A stretch of 64,000 bases of DNA from assembly GCA_963792965.1 (NCBI GenBank), contig CAWBYW010000007.1, positions 32,001-96,000 on the forward strand, given 5' to 3'. Origin of the DNA: an uncultured delta proteobacterium (GTDB taxonomy: Bacteria > Desulfobacterota > Zymogenia > Zymogenales > Zymogenaceae). This document shows positions 42,192-52,507 of this stretch, piece after piece. The stretch's first letter is position 1; each line of letters opens with the position of its first letter. The notes under the pieces were generated by a model. It was not told where the DNA came from, made no database searches, and saw nothing but the letters and a program-made list of their open reading frames with translations. The position numbers and the translations under genes are program-made.

Positions 42192-44645
42192 TCAATCCGA
42201 TCCCTCAAGCTTCAAATCGGTTTCCTTACCGCTTGCCGTCTCTATGGTGGCTCGCGTCCCGTCGGTCACGATGGTCACCGCTCCGTCGAGGTCCGTTCTA
42301 TAAACGCGTGTGCCGGTAGATTTGAAACGCTCCAATACGCTCTTCTCCGGGAATCCGAAAGGATTCTCGAACCCGCATGAGACTACCACCGCCCCGGGCC
42401 CGACAGCTTTCAGAAAGTCGAGGGAATTTGCGCCCGACGAGCCGTGGTGCGGGGCCTTCAGGATTGTCGCCGAGAGCCTTTCCCCTCGCGCGATGAGCCG
42501 CTCACTGCCGCGCTCTTCGATGTCTCCGGTCAGAAGGATCGAGAACAGCCCATAGGAAAGCCTGAAGACGAGCGATCGGTCGTTCTGATCGGTCGGCGCT
42601 CCTCGGATCCCGCGCGGAGGGTTGAGGAAGTGGAGCGACACACCCCCGACTTCCCGGTCGGCTGTTTTCGCGTCGAGGATGACGACCGGTACACCGTGCG
42701 CGGCCGCCGATGAAAGGAGCACGGAGATCTCGCCCGACCGCTCGGCTCCCCTCGGGATCCAGAGCCGACCGACGTGAAAATTTTCCATAATGTACGGCAA
42801 ACCGCCGGCATGGTCCATCTCGGGATGGGACAGGATAAGATAATCGACGCGCCGGATTCGCTCGTGGAGGAGATAGGGCGCCACGACGCTCCGGCCGGTG
42901 TCGAAGTCGCCGCCGAAAACGCCTCCTCCATCTATCAGCATTGTTTCGCCGTCGGGCAGCTGAATCAGGGCTGAGTCTCCGTTGCCGACCGAAAGACACG
43001 TTATCGAAAGATCGCCGGGTCGGCATCGGTGCCACGTCCATGCCGCCGCGTCCACGAGGAAGACGACAAGGACCGCCACGATGATGGGTTTTGCCCACCG
43101 TTTCCCTTTGACGGCGAGGTATAACGACGCCACGAGTCCGTAATAGAGCGCGATTTCAAACAAGGTGGGTGGAACGATGATAAAGCCCGTCGGGAACAGA
43201 CCGTCGGTCCACAACACGGCCGTATCGGCCAGGGACGCCGTCCACGCGGCGATAAGATTCAGGAAATATGAAACGTCGGGAACGGTGAAGATAAACGGGA
43301 CCGAGGAGAGCGAGAGCGCCGTGGCGGCAGGTCCCAGGAGCGGCACAACGATGAAGTTCAGGGGGAGCGCGAAAGGGGAAACCCGGAAAAAGTAGTACGC
43401 CGCAACGGGGAAAATCCCGATCATCGCGGCAACGGAGACGGCGGTAAACTGGGCGAAATGGTAGAGCGCACGGGTAAAGAGGCCGGGCCGCACCCCTTCG
43501 ACGGGAAACATCCTCCGACGAAACGGATCGACCATCGGCGGATAGAGGATGATGATCGACAGGACGGCGATAAACGAGAGGACAAAGGAGGGATCGAAAA
43601 GCGAGGCCGGGAGGGCGATCAGGATGACGAGGGCCGCAAAGACCAGGGTATTGATGAGCTGTTGTTCCTTTTCGGCCAGGATCGACAGCACGAAGACGGC
43701 GATCATGAGCGTCGCGCGCAGCACTGTGATCTCCAGTCCGGCAAGAAGGGTATATGCCACGACGGGGATAAACGACAACAGCGCGGCCGATTTCCGCACC
43801 GAGTGCCTGAGGGCAAATCGACCGCAGCGCACGAGCATCCACCAGGCGCAGAAATAGCCGAAGAAGAAGACGATTCCTACGTTGGACCCTGATATAGCAA
43901 GGACATGCCCCACCCCGGTCCGGTAGTATGCGGAAAGGAGATCCTCGGGGATATCACCCCGCTCCCCGAGGACAAGCGCTTTGAGAATGGCCCCCTCAGG
44001 GGTGGGAAAGTTCGTATCGTAGAAGAGGCGGGTGCCGTCCCGGACACGCGCAACAAGGCCGAGAGGGGAAAGGCGGGTATTTTTCGAGATCACGAGCCGG
44101 TTATGATCCTCTACGAAAGAGGTGACCGATATTCCTTTCCCCTTGAGATAGAATTCGTAATCGAACCCGCCGGGGTTGTTGAAGTTATGGGGCCGTTTGA
44201 TTCTTCCGGTGAAAATGACGGCGTCTCCGAGCGAGACCCCGGGCATCTTCTCACCGACGGTCAATGCGAGCCTCCCGTCGACGGGCCGCCACCGGGCCCC
44301 ATTCTTTACCTTCATATCGGAGAGGACGAGGCGAGTGGCGTCCGGCTCCGTCTCGGGCGCGGCCGCCACGATACCCGATATCACCAGCTTCTTTTTACCG
44401 GCATAGCTCGTGACCGCATCGGGGGTCTCTTCGGTGTTTATTCTCAGGTTGATGAGGATAAGGCCGATCGAGAAGAAGAGCAGGACCACGCACGATATAA
44501 AAAGGCGAGGGCGCCTGGTAACACACGATAGAACCAGGAAAGCCCCCGCCGCAGAGAGGGAAATCGTGAGAGGGATTGATACGAGAGCCCCCAACCCGAT
44601 CCCGGCCATAAGAGCCAGGGTCATGATGGGGAGGGGGTGCTTCAT
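42192..44645 (-). CDS. comEC: DNA internalization competence protein ComEC/Rec2
   Basis: NPGGFDY, GVGHVLAISG, SFVLSF, and a metallo-beta-lactamase domain (SVGNGDS, LSHPEMDHAGG, LTGDIE, PHHGS, YRTDLDGAV). Confidence 0.93.
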   Translation of the reverse strand: MKHPLPIMTLALMAGIGLGALVSIPLTISLSAAGAFLVLSCVTRRPRLFISCVVLLFFSIGLILINLRINTEETPDAVTSYAGKKKLVISGIVAAAPETEPDATRLVLSDMKVKNGARWRPVDGRLALTVGEKMPGVSLGDAVIFTGRIKRPHNFNNPGGFDYEFYLKGKGISVTSFVEDHNRLVISKNTRLSPLGLVARVRDGTRLFYDTNFPTPEGAILKALVLGERGDIPEDLLSAYYRTGVGHVLAISGSNVGIVFFFGYFCAWWMLVRCGRFALRHSVRKSAALLSFIPVVAYTLLAGLEITVLRATLMIAVFVLSILAEKEQQLINTLVFAALVILIALPASLFDPSFVLSFIAVLSIIILYPPMVDPFRRRMFPVEGVRPGLFTRALYHFAQFTAVSVAAMIGIFPVAAYYFFRVSPFALPLNFIVVPLLGPAATALSLSSVPFIFTVPDVSYFLNLIAAWTASLADTAVLWTDGLFPTGFIIVPPTLFEIALYYGLVASLYLAVKGKRWAKPIIVAVLVVFLVDAAAWTWHRCRPGDLSITCLSVGNGDSALIQLPDGETMLIDGGGVFGGDFDTGRSVVAPYLLHERIRRVDYLILSHPEMDHAGGLPYIMENFHVGRLWIPRGAERSGEISVLLSSAAAHGVPVVILDAKTADREVGGVSLHFLNPPRGIRGAPTDQNDRSLVFRLSYGLFSILLTGDIEERGSERLIARGERLSATILKAPHHGSSGANSLDFLKAVGPGAVVVSCGFENPFGFPEKSVLERFKSTGTRVYRTDLDGAVTIVTDGTRATIETASGKETDLKLEGSD

Positions 44646-44650
44646 TTCAT

Positions 44651-46543
44651 TTAGGCGTGATTGACCGAGATCACCTCATCCACCGCGTATCGCTTGATTT
44701 TCCTTGTAGAAGTCTTGGGGAACTCCTCGTCACGGATCATGAACTCCTTTACCCGCTTATAGTCGGCGAGGTTCGCGGAATACTTCTTGATCTCCGACCG
44801 GATGAGGTTATAGACGTCCTTTTTCGTCAGCTCCTTGATGTTGTTCTGCTTCGCATAGGCATCCAACGCATCCTGATTGAGATAGACGACCGCCCTGACC
44901 TCCTCGTCGGTCGTGCCCGCCTTGTGGGCGTAGATCATGGCCTCTTCGATGTATGGGCTCTTGACGAGTTCCGTCTCCACTTCCTCGGGGTAGATGTTCT
45001 TGCCGTTGCCGGTGACGATGAGGTTCTTCATTCTTCCCATGACGAAGAGAAAATCGTCCTTGTCCACGTAGCCGAGGTCGCCCGAGTGGTACCAGCCGTC
45101 GGTGAGGGCCTCTTTCGTGGCCGTGGGACTATTATAGTAGCCCTTCATGACGTTGGGGCCTTTGATCCAGATCTCACCGACGCCGTCTTCGTTGGCGTTA
45201 TCGATCTTGACCTGAACGTTGGGCATCACCTTGCCGACGGATCCGAGGCGGTCTCCGCCGACCTTGCTGTTAACCGCGACCAGCGGCGCAGTTTCGGTGA
45301 TCCCGTATCCGTTGTAGATGTTGAGGCCGAGACTTCGAAGCCCTTTCTGCAGCGCGGGGTCGAAAGAAGCCCCTCCGGAGATGAAGGTGATGTTGCCGCC
45401 AAGCTCCTTTTTAATCTTCTTGGCGACGATGCCCCGGGTGACGGGATTGCTGTTCATAATGCGGCCGGCGATGCTTGCTCTGATCTTCTGGGTCATCCGG
45501 GTGTAGAGGGCCTGGAAAAGGACCGGGACGCCGAGGAAAAAGTTGGGCTTGATCTCGTTGAGATTTTGCGCCACCTTGAGAAGCGATTCGGCAAAGGCGA
45601 CGGTTCCGCCGAGGTAGAGGGGTGCCAGTACCCCGCAGGTCGACTCATACACGTGGTTGATCGGGAGCACCGACAGGACGCGGATGTTATCGTCCAATTG
45701 CATGAGGTGCTGCACGCCCATAAAGTTCGTCACGAGATTCTTATTGGTGAGCATGACGCCCTTGGATTTCCCGGTCGTTCCCGAGGTATAGAGAACCGCG
45801 ATCGTGTCCTCATAACCCATCTTCCTTTCGACGAATTCTTTGTTGCCGAACAGCTCATCGAAATAGACGATATCGGGGGTCTTCCCCGTCGCCGAGGATA
45901 TACCGCGTGAGAACTCGAGGAACTGGTTTTGCTTCTCGATGATGAGGCTGTCTTTTTTTACCTTGAGGGTCTTGACCTTTTCCTCGAGGCCGAGCCAGAG
46001 CTTTTCGATCTGTTTAATCTCGAATTCGTGTTCCTTCTTGATTTTATGAACGAGGGAGAGCCACGCCTTCTCGATGTTTCGCATTTCGGCTTTGAGCTCT
46101 TTGGGCATGGAGACTTCCCGCGGCGCGTCGGTGATCAACACGATTTTCTTGAGGTCCGGCAGAGATTCGCAGATCTCCTCAACCTTGCCGAGGTATTCCT
46201 TGGTGACGATGATGAACTTCGATCCGCTGTCGGTAAGGATATGGCGGATCTCCTGCGCCTTCAGTTCCTTATCGACGGGAACGACGATCCCCTTGTTGGT
46301 GACGATCGCAAAGTAGGATATCACCCATTCAGGGCAGTTGTGGGTCAGGAGGGCGACCCTGTCACCCTCGTCCATCCCCATCTTGATGAGGCTCGTGCCC
46401 AAGTCCTTTACCATGACAAGGAGGTCCTTGTACTTGACGGATACCCATTGGTTGGACACTTTTTTCAAAAGGGCGTCTTTTTCGGGGAATCGTTTAGCGG
46501 AGTTTTCCAAGATGTCTTTCAAGGTGAGTGTGGTGCTATTCAT
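44651..46543 (-). CDS. fadD: Long-chain fatty acid--CoA ligase (AMP-binding) with a helical insertion
   Basis: YTSGTTGKSKG, SVLPINHVYE, GYGITET, GPNVMKGYY, WYHSGDLG, GKNIYPEEVE, PKTSTRKIKR. Confidence 0.88.
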   Translation of the reverse strand: MNSTTLTLKDILENSAKRFPEKDALLKKVSNQWVSVKYKDLLVMVKDLGTSLIKMGMDEGDRVALLTHNCPEWVISYFAIVTNKGIVVPVDKELKAQEIRHILTDSGSKFIIVTKEYLGKVEEICESLPDLKKIVLITDAPREVSMPKELKAEMRNIEKAWLSLVHKIKKEHEFEIKQIEKLWLGLEEKVKTLKVKKDSLIIEKQNQFLEFSRGISSATGKTPDIVYFDELFGNKEFVERKMGYEDTIAVLYTSGTTGKSKGVMLTNKNLVTNFMGVQHLMQLDDNIRVLSVLPINHVYESTCGVLAPLYLGGTVAFAESLLKVAQNLNEIKPNFFLGVPVLFQALYTRMTQKIRASIAGRIMNSNPVTRGIVAKKIKKELGGNITFISGGASFDPALQKGLRSLGLNIYNGYGITETAPLVAVNSKVGGDRLGSVGKVMPNVQVKIDNANEDGVGEIWIKGPNVMKGYYNSPTATKEALTDGWYHSGDLGYVDKDDFLFVMGRMKNLIVTGNGKNIYPEEVETELVKSPYIEEAMIYAHKAGTTDEEVRAVVYLNQDALDAYAKQNNIKELTKKDVYNLIRSEIKKYSANLADYKRVKEFMIRDEEFPKTSTRKIKRYAVDEVISVNHA

Positions 46544-46586
46544 CTATGGAGTCCTCTAAAAAATGTATGGTTTATTGAATGGAAAG

Positions 46587-46615
46587 ATGATAGATCAATT
46601 TTCCTCATAAATCAA
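46587..46615 (-). promoter_or_regulatory. sigma70 promoter for fadD-comEC
   Basis: Minus strand TTGATT-17nt-TATCAT in an AT-rich spacer. Confidence 0.5.
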
Positions 46616-46648
46616 TACCAAAATCGTGAAAAGAAAGGTAAATTTGGA

Positions 46649-48484
46649 CTATCGGTCGGGATGAGGATTAAAATAGTCCCGAATGGATCGGGCGACGGAC
46701 TCGGTAATGCCGGGGACCCCGGTGAGCTCTTCAATCGAGGCGTCTTTGATATCGGCCACGCGGGAAAAGTGAACAAGCAGGGCGCGCTTCCGCTTCTGGC
46801 CGATGCCCGGTATCTCGTCGAGTGCCGATGCCACGCCGCGCTTCTGGCGCAGTTTTTTATGGTACTCAATGGCAAATCGGTGGGCCTCGTCGCGCAGCCG
46901 CATCAAGAGGAAAAGGGCGGATGAATTCCCCTTGGCGACCAGCGGGTTTTTTCTTCCGACCAGATAGACCTTGTCGAGCTCGGCCTTGTCCTCCCGCTCT
47001 TTGGCGATGGAGATAACGGGGATGTCCGTGACGTCGAGGTCTTTCAGCACCGAATGGGCGATGCTGAGGTGGCCCTTTCCCCCGTCGATGACGATCAGAT
47101 CCGGGTGGTTTTCCGGGGAGAGCCTCTTTATCCTCCGCCTCAATACCTCCTCCATCATCGCGTAGTCGTCAATACCCGCGACCCCTTTAATTCGAAAACG
47201 ACGGTATTCCTTCTTGTCGGGCTCTCCCTCGGAGAAGACGACCATCGACCCGACGGCATTCGTGCCGGAGATGGTGGAGATGTCATAACACTCCATCCTC
47301 TTCGGAGGAGAGGTAAGCCCCAGCCGTTGTGCGAGGACCAACAGCGATTGTTCCCGGCTCTCCTTTGACTGCTTGTAGGTCATGTACGAGCTTTCAGCGT
47401 TCTTGTTTGCCATGCCGACGAGGTCCCTGAGGATCCCCCGCTTGGGAACACGCAGCTCGACGGGGGCGACACTCCCGAGCCATTGATGGACGAGCTCGGG
47501 CTCCGGTATCTCGGTCGGCAGGAGTATCTGGGGCGGCACGTAGTCCTTGGCGTGGTAGAACTGCTCGATGAAACTCTGGATCGCCTCGCCATCCTCGGAA
47601 AGGACGCTCGTGAAGAGCCCGTAGCGGCTCCCCGTGAGGCGTCCGCTCCGCACGAAGAGGACCGATATCCCGAGGCTGGTCCCCTCGCGATAAATGCCGA
47701 CGACGTCCCGGTCCGTCGTGTCATTCGATACGACCTTTTGGACCGACACCATCTTCCTGATAGCCGCGATGCGGTCACGGATGAGCGCCGCCTCCTCATA
47801 GCGCATGTCTTCCGAGAGGAACGCCATCAGGTCGGTCAGGTTATTGACGAGCTCTTCATCCTTCCCCTTGAGAAAGAGGATGGTCTGTTCGATATTCTTC
47901 TTATACTCTTCCTGAGATATCTTGTTCACACACGGCCCCGTGCACTGGTCGATCTCATAATAAATACAGGGGCGGGTCCGGTTCTTGAACTTGAAATCGG
48001 TACACTGCCTGATCCGAAAAGTGGAGGAAAGCCACTTGAAGCTCTTCCTCACGGCCTTTGCGTCGGTGTAAGGTCCAAAGTAGAGGGCGCCGTCGCGCTT
48101 CATTGACCTCACGAGGGTAAATCGGGGAAATTCCTCCCTTGGGTCGATCCGCAAGCTGAGGTAGTTCTTATCGTCTTTGAGGGTGACGTTGTATTTCGGT
48201 CGGTGTTCCTTGATGAGGGTCGCTTCGGTGAGGAGCGCTTCCACCTCGGTGTCAGTCACGATGATATCGAAGTCGGCGATCTGGCCGGTCAACTGCCGTG
48301 TCTTCGGGTCTTTGGGGGCGTCGCGAAAATAGTAGAGTACCCTCTTCTTGAGGTCGCGCGCCTTACCGACATAGATCACCTTAGAGGCCCGGTTCTTCAT
48401 GATGTAGACGCCCGGCGCGTTGGGGAGGCTGTCGAGTTTCATCCCCAGCGGGCCCGCGTCCATTCTTTGGCTCGTTTCAATCAT
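46649..48484 (-). CDS. uvrC: Excinuclease ABC subunit C
   Basis: GIY-YIG motif PGVYIM...IYVGKARDLKKR, YEEAALIRD, ECYDIS, DDYAMM, IDGGKG, RDEAHRFA, HhH IPGIG. Confidence 0.97.
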   Translation of the reverse strand: MIETSQRMDAGPLGMKLDSLPNAPGVYIMKNRASKVIYVGKARDLKKRVLYYFRDAPKDPKTRQLTGQIADFDIIVTDTEVEALLTEATLIKEHRPKYNVTLKDDKNYLSLRIDPREEFPRFTLVRSMKRDGALYFGPYTDAKAVRKSFKWLSSTFRIRQCTDFKFKNRTRPCIYYEIDQCTGPCVNKISQEEYKKNIEQTILFLKGKDEELVNNLTDLMAFLSEDMRYEEAALIRDRIAAIRKMVSVQKVVSNDTTDRDVVGIYREGTSLGISVLFVRSGRLTGSRYGLFTSVLSEDGEAIQSFIEQFYHAKDYVPPQILLPTEIPEPELVHQWLGSVAPVELRVPKRGILRDLVGMANKNAESSYMTYKQSKESREQSLLVLAQRLGLTSPPKRMECYDISTISGTNAVGSMVVFSEGEPDKKEYRRFRIKGVAGIDDYAMMEEVLRRRIKRLSPENHPDLIVIDGGKGHLSIAHSVLKDLDVTDIPVISIAKEREDKAELDKVYLVGRKNPLVAKGNSSALFLLMRLRDEAHRFAIEYHKKLRQKRGVASALDEIPGIGQKRKRALLVHFSRVADIKDASIEELTGVPGITESVARSIRDYFNPHPDR

Positions 48485-48499
48485 ATGACACCCGCTATT

Positions 48500-48528
48500 A
48501 TTATACGCTCCTGGAGGAGAAGAATCAA
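48500..48528 (-). promoter_or_regulatory. sigma70 promoter for uvrC
   Basis: Minus strand TTGATT-17nt-TATAAT. Confidence 0.6.
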
Positions 48529-48646
48529 ATCGGATGATAGGTGCCGGAAGAGCCGGAATGACGGTTTATTTTTTTCACAATGAGCTTGAAAAATATGAAA
48601 ATATGGTATACTCGTGTCGTCTGAGGGGATGCTCGGAGGGTACGCC

Positions 48647-49489
48647 ATGATGCTCCAAAAGACGCTTATGCGATCGGCCGCGCGGCTTATTATGATTTGC
48701 GCATCCGTTTCGATCTGCCTGTTTTCCCTCTCATCGGCAGGCGAAGAAGGAATCGGGGTGACAAGAGTCGGCTTTGTCGAGGGTACCGCCTCCCTGAAAC
48801 ATAAGGGGACAGGATACTGGGTCAGGCTTTCCGAAGATCAGGTAGTCCGAGCCTGGGACGAGATCGGAACCGGCGGCGACGGATCGGTGGAGCTCTTGCT
48901 GCCGGACGAGAGCGTGGTCAAGGTCGGGCCGAATACCCATGTCCTGGTCAAGGAAGCCGGGATGGTGGAGGTAACGAAAAGGGCGACGAATATCTTCGAG
49001 CTTTTCGTCGGAGAGATCCGGGCGGTCGTGGCGCCCTTGGTCAATTCCGAGTCGGAGTTTACCATCGAGACGGAAAACGCGACCGTCGGGGTACGGGGAA
49101 CGGACTTCGGCGTCTCCCACGATCGGACGACAAAGGAGACCGACGTGCTGTGTAACGACGGAAACGTGGAGCTGAGGCCGAAGGAAGTGGTCATGAAGGG
49201 ACTGGGCCCCATCATCGTGAGGGGAGACGAGGGGATCAGGCTCGTCGCCGGCAGAAGGCCCGACAGGCCGGCAGTATGGGTCAGGGAGCGAAGGGAGCGA
49301 TTCTTCAGGGGACTGGACTTCAAGGGGAGACGCACGAGGGACATCATGGAGCGTCGCTTCAGGAGGCTTGAGTCGGGAGGCTTCAGGGTCATCGAACGGG
49401 TCAGGGAGGGAGACGATAAAGCGGAATCGGTCGGCGATAGGATCAGGTTTGGGACCGATCGGCTCATTAACAGGTTCAGGAGTCATTAG
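48647..49489 (+). CDS. Exported FecR-domain protein
   Basis: Signal peptide, then DEIGTGGDGSVELLLPDESVVKVGPNT, FTIETENATVGVRGTDFGV, VLCNDGNVEL; Arg-rich C-terminal tail. Confidence 0.8.
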   Translation: MMLQKTLMRSAARLIMICASVSICLFSLSSAGEEGIGVTRVGFVEGTASLKHKGTGYWVRLSEDQVVRAWDEIGTGGDGSVELLLPDESVVKVGPNTHVLVKEAGMVEVTKRATNIFELFVGEIRAVVAPLVNSESEFTIETENATVGVRGTDFGVSHDRTTKETDVLCNDGNVELRPKEVVMKGLGPIIVRGDEGIRLVAGRRPDRPAVWVRERRERFFRGLDFKGRRTRDIMERRFRRLESGGFRVIERVREGDDKAESVGDRIRFGTDRLINRFRSH

Positions 49490-49552
49490 ATGCCGGTGCG
49501 CGGGCGGGCTACGGCCGCCTTTTGCTCCAGGGGGTCTCTCATGGGGTCTTAC

Positions 49553-51124
49553 ATGAATCAGAATCAACTCTCAGGCTCGCCCTTTGATCCTTCGTACGAC
49601 GTAATCGTTATCGGATCGGGCATGGGGGGGCTCTCGGCGGCGGCGAAGCTTGCAAAAGAGGGGGTAAAGGTGTTGCTCCTGGAGCAGCATAACCTGCCTG
49701 GAGGATTTGCCACATCATTTCGCCGCGGACGTTTCGAATTCGAGACCTCGCTCCATATTCTGACGGACTACGGTCCCGAGCAGAATAAGGGGTTCGTCCG
49801 AAAGCTCTTCGAGGACGAGCTCGAGCTCGGCCTTCCGATGGTGCGCGTCACCGAGGGATACCACCTCATCCTCACGGAAGAGGGGATCAATGTCGATGTC
49901 CCGTTTGATATGGACGGGTTTATCGATGTCGTGGCCGGCGAGGTCCCGGGGAGCCTGAAACCGCTCAAAGAATATATGAAACTCTGTCAGGAGATCGGGC
50001 GCGCCATCGACTACATCGCGGAGGCCGACGGCAAACCCGACCCGATGGTGCTCATGCGCGACCATAAGACGTTGCTCGCCACCGCGGGGTATACGGCCCA
50101 AAAGGTAACAGACTCGTTTCATCTTCCGAAGAAAGCCCTCTCGATACTCGGCGTCTTCTGGCCTTATATCGCGATCCCGTTTAACCGGATGTCTTTTACG
50201 ATCTGGGCGACCGCGATCAATTCCGTCCTCACCCGGGGCTGTTACGTCCCCACGATGACCTCGCATCAGATATCGACGGCCCTTGACCGCAAGATCAATG
50301 ACCTCGGCGGCCAGACGGAATACAATACCCGCGTCGAAAAGATCCTCGTCGAGGGCGGGAGGGTCGTCGGCGTGGAGACCTCGCGCGGCGAGCGGATAAG
50401 GACCGACTGGATTATATCCAACTCTTCGCCTAATAACGTCTACGGGCGGCTCATCCACCCTCAAGAGGAGGTGCCTCGGGGCGCACGGAAACTCACCTCC
50501 GCGCGGCGGCTCGGGATATCGCTCATGTGCGTATACCTCGGGCTCGATCGGCCCGCCCACGAGCTTAAACTGGACCACCACGAGTACTACTTCGCTCCCG
50601 ACATGGACATCCAGCGCGCCTACGACCTCGGTAACACGCTGGTACCCCATACCGACACCTCGGCCCTCTGCCCGAACAACGTGATCGCCGACGCGTCACC
50701 GCCGGGCACCTGTGAGCTGATCCTCAACCAATCCTACGGACCGGAGGTATGGGGAGAGGTGAAGGCCGAAGAGTACATTGATACGAAGCGACGTTTCGCC
50801 GAGGCCGCGATCGGTCGGGTCGCACAGGCGCTCGGCTCCGATCTCGCAGACCATATCGAGGAGATCGAGATCGCGGCGCCCCAGACGTTCTGCCGTTATA
50901 CCGGGTCCTTCAAGGGCGTCGTCTACGGATATGAGCAGGACGCGTGGGACTCGGTGATTGCCCGGGCGCTGTCTCTGCCGATGGAACAGTACGTTGACGG
51001 ACTCGAATTCGTTGGAGGACACGGGATGCTTGTCCAGGGATTTTCGGCGGCCATCAGCACGGGGAGACTGGCGGCGCTCTCGGTACTCGGCAAGATGAGG
51101 CAGCAGACAAAAAAGATCGGTTGA
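49553..51124 (+). CDS. FAD-dependent oxidoreductase, phytoene desaturase/retinol saturase (CrtI-like) family
   Basis: YDVIVIGSGMGGL...LEQHNLPGGFATSFRRGRFEFE, MCVYLGL, APQTFCRYTGSFKGVVYG, GLEFVG. ATG 49541 is an alternative start. Confidence 0.85.
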   Translation: MNQNQLSGSPFDPSYDVIVIGSGMGGLSAAAKLAKEGVKVLLLEQHNLPGGFATSFRRGRFEFETSLHILTDYGPEQNKGFVRKLFEDELELGLPMVRVTEGYHLILTEEGINVDVPFDMDGFIDVVAGEVPGSLKPLKEYMKLCQEIGRAIDYIAEADGKPDPMVLMRDHKTLLATAGYTAQKVTDSFHLPKKALSILGVFWPYIAIPFNRMSFTIWATAINSVLTRGCYVPTMTSHQISTALDRKINDLGGQTEYNTRVEKILVEGGRVVGVETSRGERIRTDWIISNSSPNNVYGRLIHPQEEVPRGARKLTSARRLGISLMCVYLGLDRPAHELKLDHHEYYFAPDMDIQRAYDLGNTLVPHTDTSALCPNNVIADASPPGTCELILNQSYGPEVWGEVKAEEYIDTKRRFAEAAIGRVAQALGSDLADHIEEIEIAAPQTFCRYTGSFKGVVYGYEQDAWDSVIARALSLPMEQYVDGLEFVGGHGMLVQGFSAAISTGRLAALSVLGKMRQQTKKIG

Positions 51125-51137
51125 GAGGGGAGCCTTC

Positions 51138-52364
51138 ATGAATACCTTTTCGTTTCTCTGGGGCATGACGAGGACCGCGGGCGTCCTGATAGAGCGGGCG
51201 ACGAGAAAAGCGACCGCAGCCACGCGGATGGACATGAGAGATCCTGTGCGGGAAACGGTCGCGGCGCTTCATCCGCCGCGCCTGTCCCTGATCATCGATG
51301 AGGTCATAGAGCAGAGCAATTCCGCCCGGACGTTTCGGCTGGTGGCCGCGCCGAGCTCGGACGTTTCAGTTCCCCTTTTCCGGGCGGGACAGTATCTTTC
51401 CATCAAGGCCGAGCTGAACGGGTCACGGATCAGCAGACCCTATTCGATTTCGTCGGCGCCCTTTGAGACAAAGGGAAAGAACGGCGGTCCGGGATATTAT
51501 GAGATTACGGTGAAGCGCCAAGAAGACGGTTTCCTGACGCCGTTTATCTGGGAGCGCTGGAAGAGGGGGTTTACGGTTGAGGCAACCGGCCCCCACGGGG
51601 AATTCTACCATGAGCCGATCAGGGACGGACGCGAGCTTGTCGCCATTGCCGGCGGATCGGGCATCACGCCCTTTCTCTCAATGGCGCGACAGATCGTTCA
51701 CGATAAGGACGATGTCCGTCTGACGGTGCTGTATGGGATACGAAAGCCGGCCGACGCGCTGTTTGCCGACGAGCTCGGGAGGCTTTCGGCGGCGCATCCG
51801 GATAGGCTCACGGTCTGTTACGTCGTGAGCGAGCCGGACGGGAGCGAGACCTGTGCGACGGGGTTCATCGACGCGGCGCTGATCGGAAGCGAGGTCGGGG
51901 ATGTCGCCGGAAAGACGTTCCTGGTCTGCGGTCCACAGGCGCTTCACGCGTTTTTCGCGGGAGAAAGCAAGAAGCTGAAGATTGCGCCTCGTCGCGTCAG
52001 ATGGGAGGCCTCGGGTGGAGGCAGGGAAGTCACGACCCATACGAATTTCCCCAAGACGGCGAGGGGAAAGACCTTCAATCTCACGGTTCATCTCGGGAAG
52101 GCTCACCTGACCGTTGGCGCGCGGGCAGACGAGCCGATCCTCGTGGCGCTGGAGCGCTCCGGCATTGCCGCCGATTCACGCTGCCGGTCCGGAAGCTGCG
52201 GAATCTGCCGATCCCTGCTCGTGTCGGGTGAGGTCTTCATCGATCCCGAGGCTGACGTGCGGCGCAGGGCCGACAGGGCGTTTGGATATATCCACGCGTG
52301 CTCCACTTATCCGGTAGGCGATTGCGAGATCAAAATACCGCTGTCCGAGGCCCTGGTGGGATGA
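51138..52364 (+). CDS. FAD/NAD(P)H ferredoxin reductase with a C-terminal [2Fe-2S] domain
   Basis: FRAGQYL, RPYSISS, GPHGEF, IAGGSGITPF, VCGP, CRSGSCGIC...HAC. Confidence 0.88.
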   Translation: MNTFSFLWGMTRTAGVLIERATRKATAATRMDMRDPVRETVAALHPPRLSLIIDEVIEQSNSARTFRLVAAPSSDVSVPLFRAGQYLSIKAELNGSRISRPYSISSAPFETKGKNGGPGYYEITVKRQEDGFLTPFIWERWKRGFTVEATGPHGEFYHEPIRDGRELVAIAGGSGITPFLSMARQIVHDKDDVRLTVLYGIRKPADALFADELGRLSAAHPDRLTVCYVVSEPDGSETCATGFIDAALIGSEVGDVAGKTFLVCGPQALHAFFAGESKKLKIAPRRVRWEASGGGREVTTHTNFPKTARGKTFNLTVHLGKAHLTVGARADEPILVALERSGIAADSRCRSGSCGICRSLLVSGEVFIDPEADVRRRADRAFGYIHACSTYPVGDCEIKIPLSEALVG

Positions 52365-52507
52365 GTTGGAGACGCTGAAAGTCAGTTTATCGAGGCATCA
52401 ACCCTGATGCCGGCGATGCATATCCAAGAGGCTTCAATAGCGTCATTCCGTTGCCGGGCTCCCCTTGTGAGTCGGTCGAGTTCCACTCCGTCATTACCGA
52501 CAAGGCC

